Part shown: positions 10,561-22,133 of the stretch, piece by piece
Layout of the letters: each line of letters opens with the position of its first letter
Numbering within the stretch: position 1 is the stretch's first letter
DNA from: Scophthalmus maximus
Taxonomy: Eukaryota
Reading direction: 5' to 3'
DNA: 64,000 bases
NCBI RefSeq assembly: GCF_022379125.1
Contig: NC_061519.1
Location: forward strand, 24,047,101 to 24,111,100
Made by a program: the position numbers and the translations under genes
The notes under the pieces: generated by a model
What the model was told of the DNA's origin: nothing
What the model saw: the letters and a program-made list of their open reading frames with translations, nothing else
The model's database searches: none

Positions 10561-10592
<32 letters not shown>
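10561..10592. repeat. poly-C homopolymer (32 nt) that forms the polypyrimidine tract of mettl17 intron 12
   Basis: c(32) immediately followed by ag|CACAATGAG. Confidence 0.9.
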
Positions 10593-10594
10593 AG

Positions 10595-10794
10595 CACAAT
10601 GAGTGTCGGACGGAGAAGTTCAGCTACCTGATTGTGACTCGCGGTGAACCGGCAGAGCCTGCGCCAGACGGCACGGTGGACTGGGCCCGGCTGGTCGCAC
10701 CGGTGCTGCGCAGAGCCAGACACGTCCACTGTCGGACGTGCAGCTCCGACGGGCAACTCCACCACATGGTGGTGACGGCTCGAAAACACAGCAG
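10595..10794 (+). CDS. mettl17: mettl17 exon 13; the acceptor AG is preceded by a 32-nt poly-C run
   Basis: Translation HNECRTEKFSYLIVTRGEPAEPAPDGTVDWARLVAPVLRRARHVHCRTCSSDGQLHHMVVTARKHS; donor AG|GTGAAG. Confidence 0.9.
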
Positions 10795-11688
10795 GTGAAG
10801 ACGCCGCATCACACTGTGGTACTGTCACACTCGTCAGCAGCAGCGAGGTTCAAGAACTCCGTATGACAATATGAAGGGTCGTCAATTTAAAGTTTTTGGG
10901 TTAAAACAAGGGTATTTTAATTTTTTCTTTCCAGAGCAGAAGATTTTCTTCTTTTCACACATAAAAAAAACTGTCTCCTGAATGTATTGAAAATGTATTT
11001 GGTTACGTGAATTGTTCAATCGTTTCATAGTTGTACTGGTAACAGCCTATATCCAACAGTTCTTCTTTTTTTTTTCAAAAACATGGGGAGCAGCTGAATT
11101 TGTTCTAATCATTAGGGCCTGTCACAATAATTACGTTATCGACTTATCGTACGATAAATGGATTTGAACTCAATCATTTTCATTGACCTCAATAACAGCC
11201 ATCGTGTCTACATGCTTGTTTGCTGACTTAAGAAGGAATGTTAACAACAGTCCAGCAAAGTCTTGCTGCTTCTGTGTTCTCATCTCGCCTCGTTTTACAA
11301 TCTAAAAAAATGTCAGAAAATATGGATTTCTTAGCATTTGTCTAAAGGCACCACGTCTTCAAATTGCTTGTTTTGCCTGAGGCCTAAACGCAAGGTTAAA
11401 CTTTGGATAACATATTTCTCTCAGCAGCGACACACATCGTGTAGGACCTGCATAGGCAGCAACCAAGCTCACATGATTCAGTATCAAAAAAATGGTCTTA
11501 AAATGACGATAATATTGTGTATCGCAATTATTTCTGTGACAATATATCGTGCGACAAAAGGCAGTTATCATGACAGGCCTACTCACCATTCACTTCTGTT
11601 TCAAAATGTATTCTCTTGAGATATTGAAGTGAGGTAAAAAAAAAAAATGTTCGCTACTGACGACCGCCTTTCATTTTTCTTTCATCAG

Positions 11689-11785
11689 AGACGTGTATCG
11701 CTGCGCTCGGAGCAGCGAATGGGGCGATCGCCTGCCGATCGTCCCGACAGCGGAGGAAGACGAGCACAGTGATTCCGAGGGATGA
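11689..11785 (+). CDS. mettl17: mettl17 exon 14 (stop TGA 11783-11785)
   Basis: Translation RDVYRCARSSEWGDRLPIVPTAEEDEHSDSEG*; human has [21 protein letters not shown]. Confidence 0.9.
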
Positions 11786-11950
11786 TGAGTCAACCAGGAT
11801 GAGGCATGTCCTTTTCGTTAGACGTCTGCAAATAATGGAATGCACCCTAAAACTGACATGAATAAGACTGCTGTCCAAGGAATCGTCAGCTGTTTTTCCT
11901 TATGGGAACTCACTGAACAGCTACTGTGTGCTTATCAGGATTGCATCAAT

Positions 11951-11956
11951 AAAAAA
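11951..11956 (+). promoter_or_regulatory. AATAAA polyadenylation signal, likely mettl17 3' end
   Basis: caATAAAaaaaaac lies about 166 nt downstream of the mettl17 stop codon. Confidence 0.5.
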
Positions 11957-13008
11957 AAACATTTGTTCTGTCATGCTGTACTTTACCATCTTATTGTTCA
12001 CCACCTTCAACAAACCAGGGTCACTTTTTTTTGTAAAGCACATGCTGTAATTTTGGACATTAAAGCGGCAACAGACAGCGATGGCGCCCCTAGTGGTTTC
12101 CTAGAGGTACTTTTTCCTCAGAGCTCCTAAGGAAGTTGTCATCAGATAATGCGAGGAGAAAGCATCGTGGTTAACTCAACGCCAGCAGCCGGGCTACTGT
12201 CCAAAGCAGCAATTAACCATAAAAATCTAAATTTGAAAAAAAAAAACCTTTGTAAGAATAAGAAAAACAAACTACATATGGTTTAATTCGTGGAGCTTCT
12301 CTCCACAGAGTGAATGTCTGTCTGAGGTTCAATCGTTTTATCTTTTTCTTTCACTCTCCATCTGTTTTTTGTTCCTCCATCAACAGGATTAATTTTTTTT
12401 CTTGCAAGGTTACACAATGACAAGCTTAAGCCAAACAGTTGTCAATTTTGGCTTTAATGTGAAGGGTAGGCTGTCCCAAAATTGAAAAAGAGGCCATGTA
12501 GGTATGTTTCATGTGTCATCTTCAGAGCTCAATATCATCCCTTTACTGAAAGAATCCCAAAATCCAAAAGATCCACCGATTTACATTTTCACTTTTTCTT
12601 GCTCAAATGAAGTCACTAAAGTGTGTTCATGTGGTTTGTCGACAAACTGGAGAAGCAAAAGATTGAAAGCCTGAAGACGTCCTGCTCCGTCAGACAAATT
12701 TCAACAGAAAAAAAATCTGATCCCAGTGCAGGATGATATCACATCTGACTTTAGAGGCGTCTACTGTGTCTCAGGTGCTGGGATCCATTTTCAATACGAA
12801 GTCTCCCAAGAAAAGAAAACCTGCAGTTTGTAAAACCTGATTCAAACGCACCTTTCAAGCAGCTTATGAATCTGATGAATGTGAGCTTTACAGAAATATG
12901 TCACCTCAGTTACAGTTGTTCTTTATATTCTCTCCATATAAGACACAGTAAATATTAAGGCATAATTACACAGATAATTTAAGCCACCACACATTCTTCC
13001 AAAATCTC

Positions 13009-13439
13009 TTAACTCCCAACAATCTCCTTCAGGGCTGAGGTCAAGTCCGGGAACTTGTACTGAAATCCGGCCTCTAAAGTCCTCTGTGGTCTGACCTTCT
13101 GTCCCTGGGTGAGGACCACCGCCCTCTCGGAGCCCATCAGGCCGTTCATGACGAAGCCTGGCACGGGAAAGATGGTGGGCCGCCGCAGAAGTCGGCCGAG
13201 CTCCTTAGTGAACTCGTAGTTGGTGTTCAGCGCGGGTGCGACTCCGTTCAACACTTGCTGTGAAGATGAGGGAGCGGCGGTGGGCGGCGGCTCCAGGGCG
13301 TGGGCGACAATTCCTGCCAGGTCTGAGACGTGGATCCAGGGGAACGGCTGCCTCCCTGAGCCCAGGGTGCCCCCGAGGCCGAGCCAGAAGGGCAGCAGCA
13401 TCTGCTTCATGGCGCCACCGTCACGACCCAGCACGGCCC
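13009..13439 (-). CDS. sdr39u1: sdr39u1 coding exon 6 (stop TAA at 13009-13011)
   Basis: Translation GAVLGRDGGAMKQMLLPFWLGLGGTLGSGRQPFPWIHVSDLAGIVAHALE...LKEIVGS*. Confidence 0.9.
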
Positions 13440-13548
13440 CTGGTGGAGAGAGGGGGGAAGAACAGGGGGAACGTCATCTTCATGCTTTTGGTCAAGAAAG
13501 TTCTTGACGGATCCACATGGTCTGTGATGAAATATGAAGGTTTATTAC

Positions 13549-13701
13549 CAGGTCTGATGACAACTTGTCTGGTGGTCTGTGCCACACTCTCAGGCAGAAT
13601 TGCTGAGGCCTCCCACTCTTTGACAAGCCTGGAGAGGAGGTCGAATGGTGTCCACTCACTGTCTTCTGTGTACTCGGCTGTCAGACTGGGTTTGTAACAA
13701 G
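13549..13701 (-). CDS. sdr39u1: sdr39u1 coding exon 5
   Basis: Translation ACYKPSLTAEYTEDSEWTPFDLLSRLVKEWEASAILPESVAQTTRQVVIRP; donor G|GTAATA. Confidence 0.9.
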
Positions 13702-13805
13702 CTGTGGACAGAGAGACGACAGTAAATGTCCCGAGTCTAATCCGGTCGGATTGTCTAATCAGCCTCGAACCCCGATCAGCAATTTTTTTCTGTCACCAGA
13801 CTTAC

Positions 13806-13927
13806 CGACACCTGATACCAGCACCCAGGAGTGAGGAGGACTGGGGGAAGCGGCGATGGCTTGAGCCAGAGCTTTTGTCGTGTCGATGCGACTTGAGAAC
13901 AAATCTTTTTTATAGCTTTCGTTCCAC
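13806..13927 (-). CDS. sdr39u1: sdr39u1 coding exon 4
   Basis: Translation WNESYKKDLFSSRIDTTKALAQAIAASPSPPHSWVLVSGV; donor G|GTAAGT. Confidence 0.9.
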
Positions 13928-14299
13928 CTGAAACCACAGACGGGTTGAGACGTTAAAGTGACTGACACAGTAACTCTGAACGGCACCGTTAATGGACCAC
14001 AACACTTAGTTAAATTCCAACCAAGAGAGTTAAACTATTTGTGTTAGATCCTGAGAAATCCACAGACATGATTCACATTAGATGTTTAGAGCTGAAAAGA
14101 TGCTTTTTATTTGTTGGTTTCTGCTTCTCAGATGTGAGGAATCTATTTCTTCATCATGATACAGTGTGATAATAAATATATATACTTGGATTTTGAACTG
14201 TTAGTCAGATAAATGGCAACTTTACATTGGTCAACTTGGGATGTGCGAAATTATTTAAAAATTATTTGAAGTTGTAGCACAAGTTAATTTGCTGCTCAC

Positions 14300-14382
14300 C
14301 ATCGCAGTGGGTTCATGAGATTTTCTCCAGCCAAGTTGACGGCGCCCTCACATGGTGGGAGGCCATGAGACTCCAACTCACC
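14300..14382 (-). CDS. sdr39u1: sdr39u1 coding exon 3
   Basis: Translation GELESHGLPPCEGAVNLAGENLMNPLRW; human has DELAASGLPSCDAAVNLAGENILNPLRRW. Confidence 0.85.
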
Positions 14383-14584
14383 CTACAAGGAGCACAGATG
14401 AAGAAAAGAACAGTGAATATCTGCAATGTGGTGGAAAGCAGCCATTAATAGGTAGGTCAGTTAAAAAAAAACATGTGCATCTCAGTGTCATGGCAACCAG
14501 TGCGGCTGCAGGAATGAAGGAGATGCAGCCCCACCTCCTTTCCCTGCTCTTTTACTATTATTGTACATTAAACAAAGATCATAC

Positions 14585-14691
14585 CCATGTTATTTTCCCT
14601 GGACCGGGCTGGCGAGATATCACTGTGACCTCGTGACCTTTGTCTCTGAGCAGACGAGTGAGCTCGCGGCCCACAAAGCCAGATCCCCCTC
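14585..14691 (-). CDS. sdr39u1: sdr39u1 coding exon 2
   Basis: Acceptor TCTTTCATCGTAG|; translation GGSGFVGRELTRLLRDKGHEVTVISRQPGPGKITW; donor TGG|GTATGA. Confidence 0.85.
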
Positions 14692-15615
14692 CTACGATGA
14701 AAGACAACACAAAGAAGAGAGATGTACAGAGAATCCATCAGTTATCGGCTACAAATTAATCTAGAAAAGAGAGAAATGGTGACTCTGTTTGCCCTGATGT
14801 TACAAATATTAATAGATATATTATCAAAGGGGCATTGAACCAGGAGCAACTGGACTTGGTTGTAAGTTCTTGAAGACATTTCACCTCTCAACCAAGAGGC
14901 TTCTACCGTTCTAACTAAGTTGTGGTGAAACACAGGTATGAGTTTGTTACTTAATAGGTAAGGTGTAAGTATTAGTAGTATTAATATTAGTAGTAGTATT
15001 AGTAGCTCCTGATTCAACATCCTCAGATAACTAATACCTGGAAAATGGCACTATTTTTGTAAATATACATTTTAAAACTTTTTCAAAAACACTTCTTTTG
15101 CACATTCTCTGAACAGAACTTTTGGAACTTATTATGTCACTTGGTTTAGAAATTGCTGCTACTGACTTTGTCATTGTATTTTAGTTTTTTATTTCTGTTT
15201 TTATTTATTGTTCTGATAAATGCAAGGGTAGGAAACCATACATAATTAAATTGAACTAAGTATAATGAAAATAAAGAAAATTCTATTCTATTCTAGATGA
15301 CTGAGAATTTCCACAGACATAAGTAAATATAAAACATACCTTATAAGTTACCATCAGGTACAGTAAGATAAAAACTAATACAGCCCTATAAAAAAAATGT
15401 CCTGTAATGCAGTAATAAATCCTATCTTCATGAAGGTCAGCTTAGCTGTAACTGTTCTGATTAAACTTAATGATGATTGAGGAAATCGTTTGTGGAACTG
15501 TTTGATATTATTCATAGAAGTGTTTCTGTTATTTAGCCAAGCCACGTTTCCGTTAAACGGAGCTGACAAAAAGTTTAAATAAAGTTATTTTGACATTGAA
15601 AGCACGGGTTGCAGC

Positions 15616-15625
15616 GCGCATGCGC
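15616..15625. promoter_or_regulatory. perfect NRF1 palindrome GCGCATGCGC in sdr39u1 intron 1, close to its promoter
   Basis: cagcGCGCATGCGCact read directly; it lies about 300 bp downstream of the sdr39u1 start codon on the minus strand. Confidence 0.5.
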
Positions 15626-15922
15626 ACTACACTACGCTTACAAAACAGCACTCTTGTGCGTTACTTTAGCAAACGTAGCTTTGTGCAGGCTAACAATAAA
15701 ACCGCGCAGTTTCTCTAGGTGTTGATCGCGACACGAAGCCTACTTGTAGGTTATTCTGTCAGTTTCAAGACGAACATAATGCAAATGTAACTTACAGGCG
15801 CATGACTCAAATGTCTGTCTTTATACCTGCAATGCTAACAGCAGCTAACAACTAGCTGCTAGTGACATGACCTTTACGAACAAAACCAAAAACATGAATA
15901 TATGACAATAAAACATACGTAC

Positions 15923-15938
15923 CTATTAAGACTCTCAT
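15923..15938 (-). CDS. sdr39u1: sdr39u1 coding exon 1 (16 nt: ATGAGAGTCTTAATAG)
   Basis: Translation MRVLI plus G. Donor G|GTACGT; its phase matches the exon 2 acceptor. Human begins MRVLVGGGTGF. Confidence 0.6.
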
Positions 15939-16789
15939 AGTCACCGAATTGGCGATTTAATAACTGACCGTTGATCTACACCGTGTCTGTCTGACTCCAC
16001 CGCTCTGTATTATAAGGCAGTGAGATGGTTTCAGTCTTTCTTTCTTTTTTGGACCAATGGGGGTTCCGTACTTGTACCAGCAGTTACGTCATTTTGTAGT
16101 TTTTTAAATGAGCTCTGGGAATAGATGGTTTGGTAAAAAGAAACAGGTGCTGTTAAATCACGGGTTTATTAAAAGCACAGCAGCCGCTTATCTAAGTAGT
16201 TCTATAAAAAAAAATCATGGTGCAGACATGAAATAATACATTTTGCACGTCTTTATTAATGTGTGTCTCTCTGTAGTCTGTCTAGTGTTGTGTGTCTTTG
16301 AAAGTATGTTTCTTTCTTTTCTTTGTGTATTTTTTCCTCTTTTTGTGTCCCTCTGTGCTTCTTCTGCCTTTCCTCCGAGCCATTTTGTGTCAAGTCAGGA
16401 TGACGAATTTGAAAATAGGGTACAACAACGACAACAACAACAAAAACAACTACAACAACACAAAAGACTGGGTCGTTGTTTAATGAATCTTTTTCTTTCA
16501 ATCTCATAATATTTGTTTTGTCAGATTCCCCCCCCCCCCCCACATTATAATAACATTTAATTGATTATCTATAGATGTTAATTAGAAAGAACAGTGTCAC
16601 TCTTGCTGCTGAAGAATTTCCTGATATGGATTTTACAAATATATATATATATATATATATTTATTTATTTATTTTTTAAAATAATCAATAAATATTTATA
16701 CTGTCGACAGAAATGAAAGTCCACTGATGCATTACATATTCGTCACACAGGTGTTATGTTATGTTATGTTATGTTGCGTATCCGCTCTT

Positions 16790-17110
16790 TTATTGTGCAG
16801 CACCAGACCCGGAAGCGCTCAGACAAACACGTGGTTTTGATAAAGAGATAAATTGCGCCGCGGCGTCATTAGCGACCTCTTTCTTCCTGGTCGCGCTGAT
16901 GGAGGTCGTGTGTCGGCGGGCGGAGGCGACCGAACCTCCCCGACGTGTCAGGTTTGTCTCACAGCATCTCGCCGTTCACGTCGCAAGTTAGTGTTTCAGT
17001 ATCTGTGGCCGTTGGTTAGTTTTGTTTTGTTTGTTTGCGGTTGTTTTGGCCGCACGGTGTTTCCGTTGTTCGCCTCAGACCTCGTGGTTGATCACAGCTG
17101 GAGAAGTTAC
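16790..17110 (+). promoter_or_regulatory. CpG-island promoter with ETS (CCGGAAG, 16809-16815) and E-box (CACGTG, 16828-16833) sites
   Basis: Dense CpG (gcgccgcggcg, ggcgggcggaggcgaccg). No convincing coding frame. GT-AG exons of a noncoding or 5'UTR type follow downstream on the plus strand. Confidence 0.5.
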
Positions 17111-18210
17111 AGGCGGAATCCCAGTGGAGGGAAAGTTGGTAGACTTAATAACGACTAATATTATTGTCCTGATGAAGCCTCAGGTGGTTTAGGACTTTTT
17201 ATTATCAATATTATTTTTATTATAGCTTTAATTTGTGGAACATCACTTTGAACATTCACTCTGATGTTGTTCTTAAGTGCGATTTGGCTCTTGTGAAATA
17301 TGACATAATTTCACCTGCTTTTTGGATTTTATGTAATTGTTTAGCTGAAACTGAGAAGTTGAGATTGCTTTTGTTTTTTAATTTCCTGGACCTGATAACT
17401 CTGACCACGTGACAAAGGGACAATGGCTACATCCTGTTAGTTTTTTGGTTTTTCTTCCCCCCACATGGTTACAAGCCAAACAGGAAACCACTGGTTTAAT
17501 CTTTTAACTTAACATTATATTGTCTCTGGGAAATTTATTGACTGTGGCTGCAATGGAAATTAAGTGAAAGTCTTTTTCCTCTGGAGTAGTCTCATTATGC
17601 AGAATATCCCATTTTAAAATTAATTCATTGGTCATTAATCGGAAAATAATCAACTGTTTTGATAAGAGACTACAATTTGAGTCATTCTCACAAACCCCAA
17701 TGAAATACTGTTTTAGTTACTCGATCATGAAACTCTCCTGTGTTTCTGTATAAATTAGGTTTTATTTATAGAAAATTCCACATTTGTTGGGTTTTTGACT
17801 GTTGGTCAGACATGGTGGAGTGGATTTTTTTTAAGTTGATTAATTTATGAAAATAATCTGCATAACAAATGATGACCTAGTGTGCTTGTGTTTAGATTTT
17901 GCTATTTGAGTCACATTATTGATAAATCAATGTGTGCGACATGTTGCCTTTTCCCTTGGGGATATATATTGACCTGATACAATATCTGTATCTCTGTTAA
18001 ACCTTTGGACGCTGCCACGCTTCTTTGTTATCGCGACGCCACTTTTTATTCCGTCAAACCTTCATGATGATTTGCATGTGAGTCCGTGTTTCACCTGAAC
18101 CTCATGATTATTCTTTCACTGCGCTGATGGGTTTGACGACGCAGACGACGGTCGTGTGCTTTAACGTGTAGTAAGTTGAGACACTAACCTGGTCAATGTT
18201 TGCTTATGAT

Positions 18211-18249
18211 TTCAGAGCCGGGGGCCTGGACGAGATCTGAACTGATGAG
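18211..18249 (+). ncRNA. candidate spliced noncoding or 5'UTR exon
   Basis: Acceptor tgatttcag|AGCCGGGGGCC...GATGAG|gtaagt donor. All three frames contain stops. Confidence 0.35.
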
Positions 18250-18342
18250 ATGAGGTAAGTTCACTGAAACATGAAAGTAGCACATTATCACTTAAAACAC
18301 ACTTTATGCTTATTATTTATTCACCTCGTTTTCTTCTACAGG

Positions 18343-18390
18343 TTATGGGACACGGGACAAACTGAGAACTCTGCTGCGTTGCTTTAGAAG
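18343..18390 (+). ncRNA. candidate spliced noncoding or 5'UTR exon
   Basis: Acceptor tcttctacag|GTTATGGGACACGGG...TTTAGAAG|gtgaaa donor. No ORF can run from exon 18211-18249 through this one. Confidence 0.35.
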
Positions 18391-20180
18391 GTGAAACTAA
18401 GCTGCATAATATTTCTACTTGATCACTGTTCATAGTTGTAGGTCAATCTCAAACCCTGACTATATATGCATATAGTCAAAATCCCTATTTTAAAATATGT
18501 ATTTCTTAATTGATTCTATAAGTGCTCTGCTGAAATATTTACATTTATGATGTCATCAGTTTTAATTGAGAAGATCATGGTGTATTGGACTTCTATAATA
18601 GTCAGATCCAGTCCAAAACACAATCTTTTTCCCCGAACGTGTAATTAGAATTTTCCGATTTCCAACCATTTTGCCAAAAGTGAACATGGTCTTGTGACGA
18701 GGTATGAACTGTAAAAATCCATCTGTCGAATAAAGATGAATCTATTAAACTGCTTGATGTTGACTTCATTTTTCAATCTGAAGTAAAGTGGAGAAAAAGA
18801 TGTCGGGTTTTATCATTGCGTGGATATTGTTGACTTGTAAGTCTTAAGAAGAAAGCCAAAGTAAGACTTGACGGTTGACAAAAGTTCAGTTAAAATTTAT
18901 ATTGATTTGTTTATACTGGAATTTCCCAGCTTGGGATCAATGAAGAACATCTATCGTCTCGATCAGTGCTGATACCAGATAACATTCACACTTTGAAAAG
19001 CTGGATTTTAACTACATTCAAAGATTAAAAAACCTTTTTGGAATTTTATTAGATTTTTTTTAGGAAAAGTACAAAATATTTTGTGTAACTGAAAACATAG
19101 AAAGGAGGCATTCAACTTCTCAAAAAATAGCAGTATAAAAAAAATCTCAGTACATTGCTTAAAATGCAATATGTTAGTGCATAACAGTTTTAGAATTGAC
19201 TGAAACATGATATATGTATATCTATATGTACATCAGCGAAAAATACTGTTTACAATTGTCATGGGGAAAAACCTGCTTTAAGTGACAAAATCAAAACGTT
19301 AAATGACAAGCTGCATCTCGTTGAGTTGACAAATACAATCAATTTTTTAAAAATGGGATGAGGCGTCTCGTCCTTTAGTTTCCGTGTAGGGTTTTCATAT
19401 TTGACACTACCAGTCTATGTAGAGAACTGACGGCTTATGTCCGTAAAGTTGGTTCAAGGCTTTAACAACAACGCAGAGTCCAACTTCAGAGATTTCAAAG
19501 AGAAAATTGTGTATTTTACATTCATATTTTTGAGTTCTCCATAAGGAGGAAACATGTTATTTATCATCATACTGATGTATTTGGTGTGATTTGAAGATGT
19601 ACAGTAAATCTCTCCACTGAGCTACAATCAGGCTCTTAAGAAATCCTTTCATTTATCTAAAGGGCCAATTTATGGTTTTATATCAAGAATATCGTATTTG
19701 TTTGTCTACAATTATAGCTTCTGGTTATAATTGGTGGCTGCTGTATAAACATAGATTATAATATAGATAAACAGTTTTAATGTTAAAAGTTATATTTGTG
19801 GTCAACTTCTGTACCAAAAATATTGTAGCTGCCTAAAACAAGTGTTACTACCATTTATGAATTTGTTTTAGCATAAACTAAATGCTCATTTTGAGGGAAG
19901 TTTTTACAAGAACTTGAGTTTTTCTCAGTGCATTTTCTCCCCAAGAAAATTACATTACTGTACTGAACATCTTTTATCCCTTTTTCATGTGTCATTCCCT
20001 GTCAAACAAAACAAAAAGTATTTACAGGTCAGGCATACTAACAAATAATTTCTTCCTGTCAAACTTAAGTTTCAACAAGTGATTTGGTTTTGTCTATTTT
20101 TCTTTGAACACAAAGTCCGGCTCAAATGCTGCTTTAACCAAAATCCCACCCGCCTGGCGTAGTTGTGCACGTCGTCGGCC

Positions 20181-20448
20181 TCATCTCCCGTTCTGCACAG
20201 AGTGACCACCCGCGCTGTTTGTGGAGTTGAGATTGCCGGTTTCCACCGAGTCTTTCCCCGCGGAGCGACTCTTTTTGTTCCCCGACTGGTCGGAGGATAT
20301 TCCCTCAAAGAGCTTGGCCATGAAGGCGAATCCGTTCTTCCTGATGTAGGACTTCCCCGCGAAGGTGTAGAGGATGGGATTGGCGCAGCTGCTGATGAAG
20401 GCCAGCGCTGATGTGACCGCACGACTGGACTTGGAGATGTGGTCCAAC
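20181..20448 (-). CDS. ltb4r: ltb4r coding exon 3 (TM7 and C-tail, stop TGA 20181-20183)
   Basis: Acceptor TTCACCTGCAG|; translation LDHISKSSRAVTSALAFISSCANPILYTFAGKSYIRKNGFAFMAKLFEGISSDQSGNKKSRSAGKDSVETGNLNSTNSAGGHSVQNGR*. Confidence 0.85.
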
Positions 20449-21378
20449 CTGCAGGTGAACACATGAGTAGACACTTCAATTACTGAACACTTTCAGTGGT
20501 ATAACGGGTTTCAATGCTGAATCCTGCTGAGTATATTAATACTCAACATACACAATGGTCATATTTTATGTATCTTAGCATCATTTTATACATGTATATT
20601 TACACTTTACAATAAAGTTGGATCTAACCGAATATTATACCACAGCTACAGTAAAACATTTATATTTAAGGATTGGAAAAATGTCACGACTACAGAGACA
20701 CAGAATAATTACAAACTCACAAAACAAGTACTGGGAGACAGTGATAAAGAGAACTGGAAATTACTGGACATTTATAAGGAGACAAAAATGACAAAAGTGG
20801 GACAAAAGACATAACCAGACACTAAATGACGACAAAGGAATTTGGCTCCAATTTAAAAAAGCTTCAGTTTTCACAATGTTGGCAACTGAAAGTAAAATGT
20901 ATTGCACCATGATACCAATCTCCTGATATGGTTTCCAATAGATCAAAGGTCAAACAATCCTTGAAACCAAGACCTTTTCTTATTTTCATATCGACCATAT
21001 TCTGTTTGTTTTTTGTCAGAAATATTTAAGCTGTGTGTCAAGCTATGACGTGAATGGCCACTGTATTGCTCTTACAGTAAACGTTCCACGTTATAACGTG
21101 ATACTTTATTGTTATAACAATGAACTTTTTACTTTATAACAGTAAACTTTCAAGTTATAACGTGATACTGACTCATTTAAGTTTTGTCAATATTATTATT
21201 ATCAATATATATATATATATTTGTTTGAGAGGGTTTGGGGAAATGGTCAAAACATTTTGTTACTCACATATCTCTCTTGGTTGAATCCACCGGGTACAAC
21301 TCAGCTGCGACCTATTGGACGTAACAAAACAAAAAAAAGGGTCACATTGGGTCACTGATCCGAAGAAGCAGAAAAAAC

Positions 21379-21620
21379 GTGAGCAGATGATCTCGCGTGG
21401 CGACCGATTCCTCCCACACCTGCACCATGTTGACGACGTGGTACGGCAGCCAGAAGGCGCCGAACATCACCACGATGGCCAGGATGAGCTTCTCGCTGCG
21501 GATGGTTCGCCGGAACTTGGTCTGCCTGAGGCGCCGCAGGATGAGCACGTAGCTGGTTATGATGATTGCGTAAGGGACGATGAATCCCGCCACTGTCTCG
21601 AAGGCGTACTGAAACTGTAC
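21379..21620 (-). CDS. ltb4r: ltb4r coding exon 2 (TM5-TM6)
   Basis: Acceptor CCCTGCGTGCAG|; translation VQFQYAFETVAGFIVPYAIIITSYVLILRRLRQTKFRRTIRSEKLILAIVVMFGAFWLPYHVVNMVQVWEESVATRDHLL; the donor is a weak AC|GTTTTT. Confidence 0.75.
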
Positions 21621-21827
21621 CTGCACGCAGGGAGGACAGGGAAAAAAACAAATCATGGATAATAATTGCATGGGCCTCGGCGGACGTGCATGGATCTGTC
21701 CAAACAAGGCAGAGCGAGATGAGAGCTGTAGTCAGATTCAAAGTTTCCAGCTCTTGGTTCAGGGAATTAGCTGAAAACTCAAAACCATTCGGGTTTTACA
21801 CTTTCGTTCAAAGATGATTAACTGATT

Positions 21828-21850
21828 CCCCCCCCCCCCCCCCCCCCCCC
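21828..21850. repeat. poly-C homopolymer (about 23-25 nt) in ltb4r intron 1
   Basis: read directly. Confidence 0.9.
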
Positions 21851-22133
21851 ATTTTATCGCCTGAACAAGTTGCACACACCAGCGTGCTTCAAGAGGAAGT
21901 CCTTCACTTACTTCCTTGTCCATCCTGGCTTCAAATCAAGAGCTTCCGAGGTTTTGGTAATCGGTGTTATGTAATTATGTATTTTGTAATTTGCTCTTTA
22001 CTCTGACTCGCTGCTCCTTACGACACTTTTGGTCATTTTTCCATATCTGAGCTCATCTTATTTGTTTTGGTCCAGAGAGCAGTTACATCAATAGCAGACG
22101 ATAAAGATAATTGTCGGTCGGATCTTGACTTAC

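Larger units (their letters stand above)
6012..11785 (+). other. mettl17: mettl17 gene locus (mitochondrial methyltransferase-like 17), complete CDS in 14 exons
   Basis: Exon translations align end-to-end with human METTL17. Matches include [24 protein letters not shown].CP and the C-terminal DLYRCAR..W.D. All introns are GT-AG with consistent phases. Confidence 0.92.
13009..15938 (-). other. sdr39u1: sdr39u1 gene locus (epimerase family protein SDR39U1), 6 coding exons
   Basis: Exon translations align colinearly with human SDR39U1: Rossmann GGGSGFVG, then CEGAVNLAGEN, then the C-terminal FPWIHVSDLAGI..QGQKVRPQRTLEAGFQYKFPDL..LKEIVGS. Confidence 0.9.

Noticed and set aside
13220-13697. ORFs 13220..13507 and 13236..13697 (+) antisense to sdr39u1 exons
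   Set aside because: They are opposite-strand shadows of the sdr39u1 terminal exons. They are Arg/Ala/Pro-rich with no similarity to known proteins.
18211-18390. Protein-coding interpretation of the two small plus-strand exons
   Set aside because: ATG candidates (ctgATGAGATGAG, gttATGGGACAC) all hit stops within a few codons in every splice combination.
20072-20479. 135-aa ORF 20072..20479 and 82-aa ORF 20163..20411 overlapping ltb4r exon 3
   Set aside because: They are alternative frames and antisense reads of the GPCR C-terminal exon.
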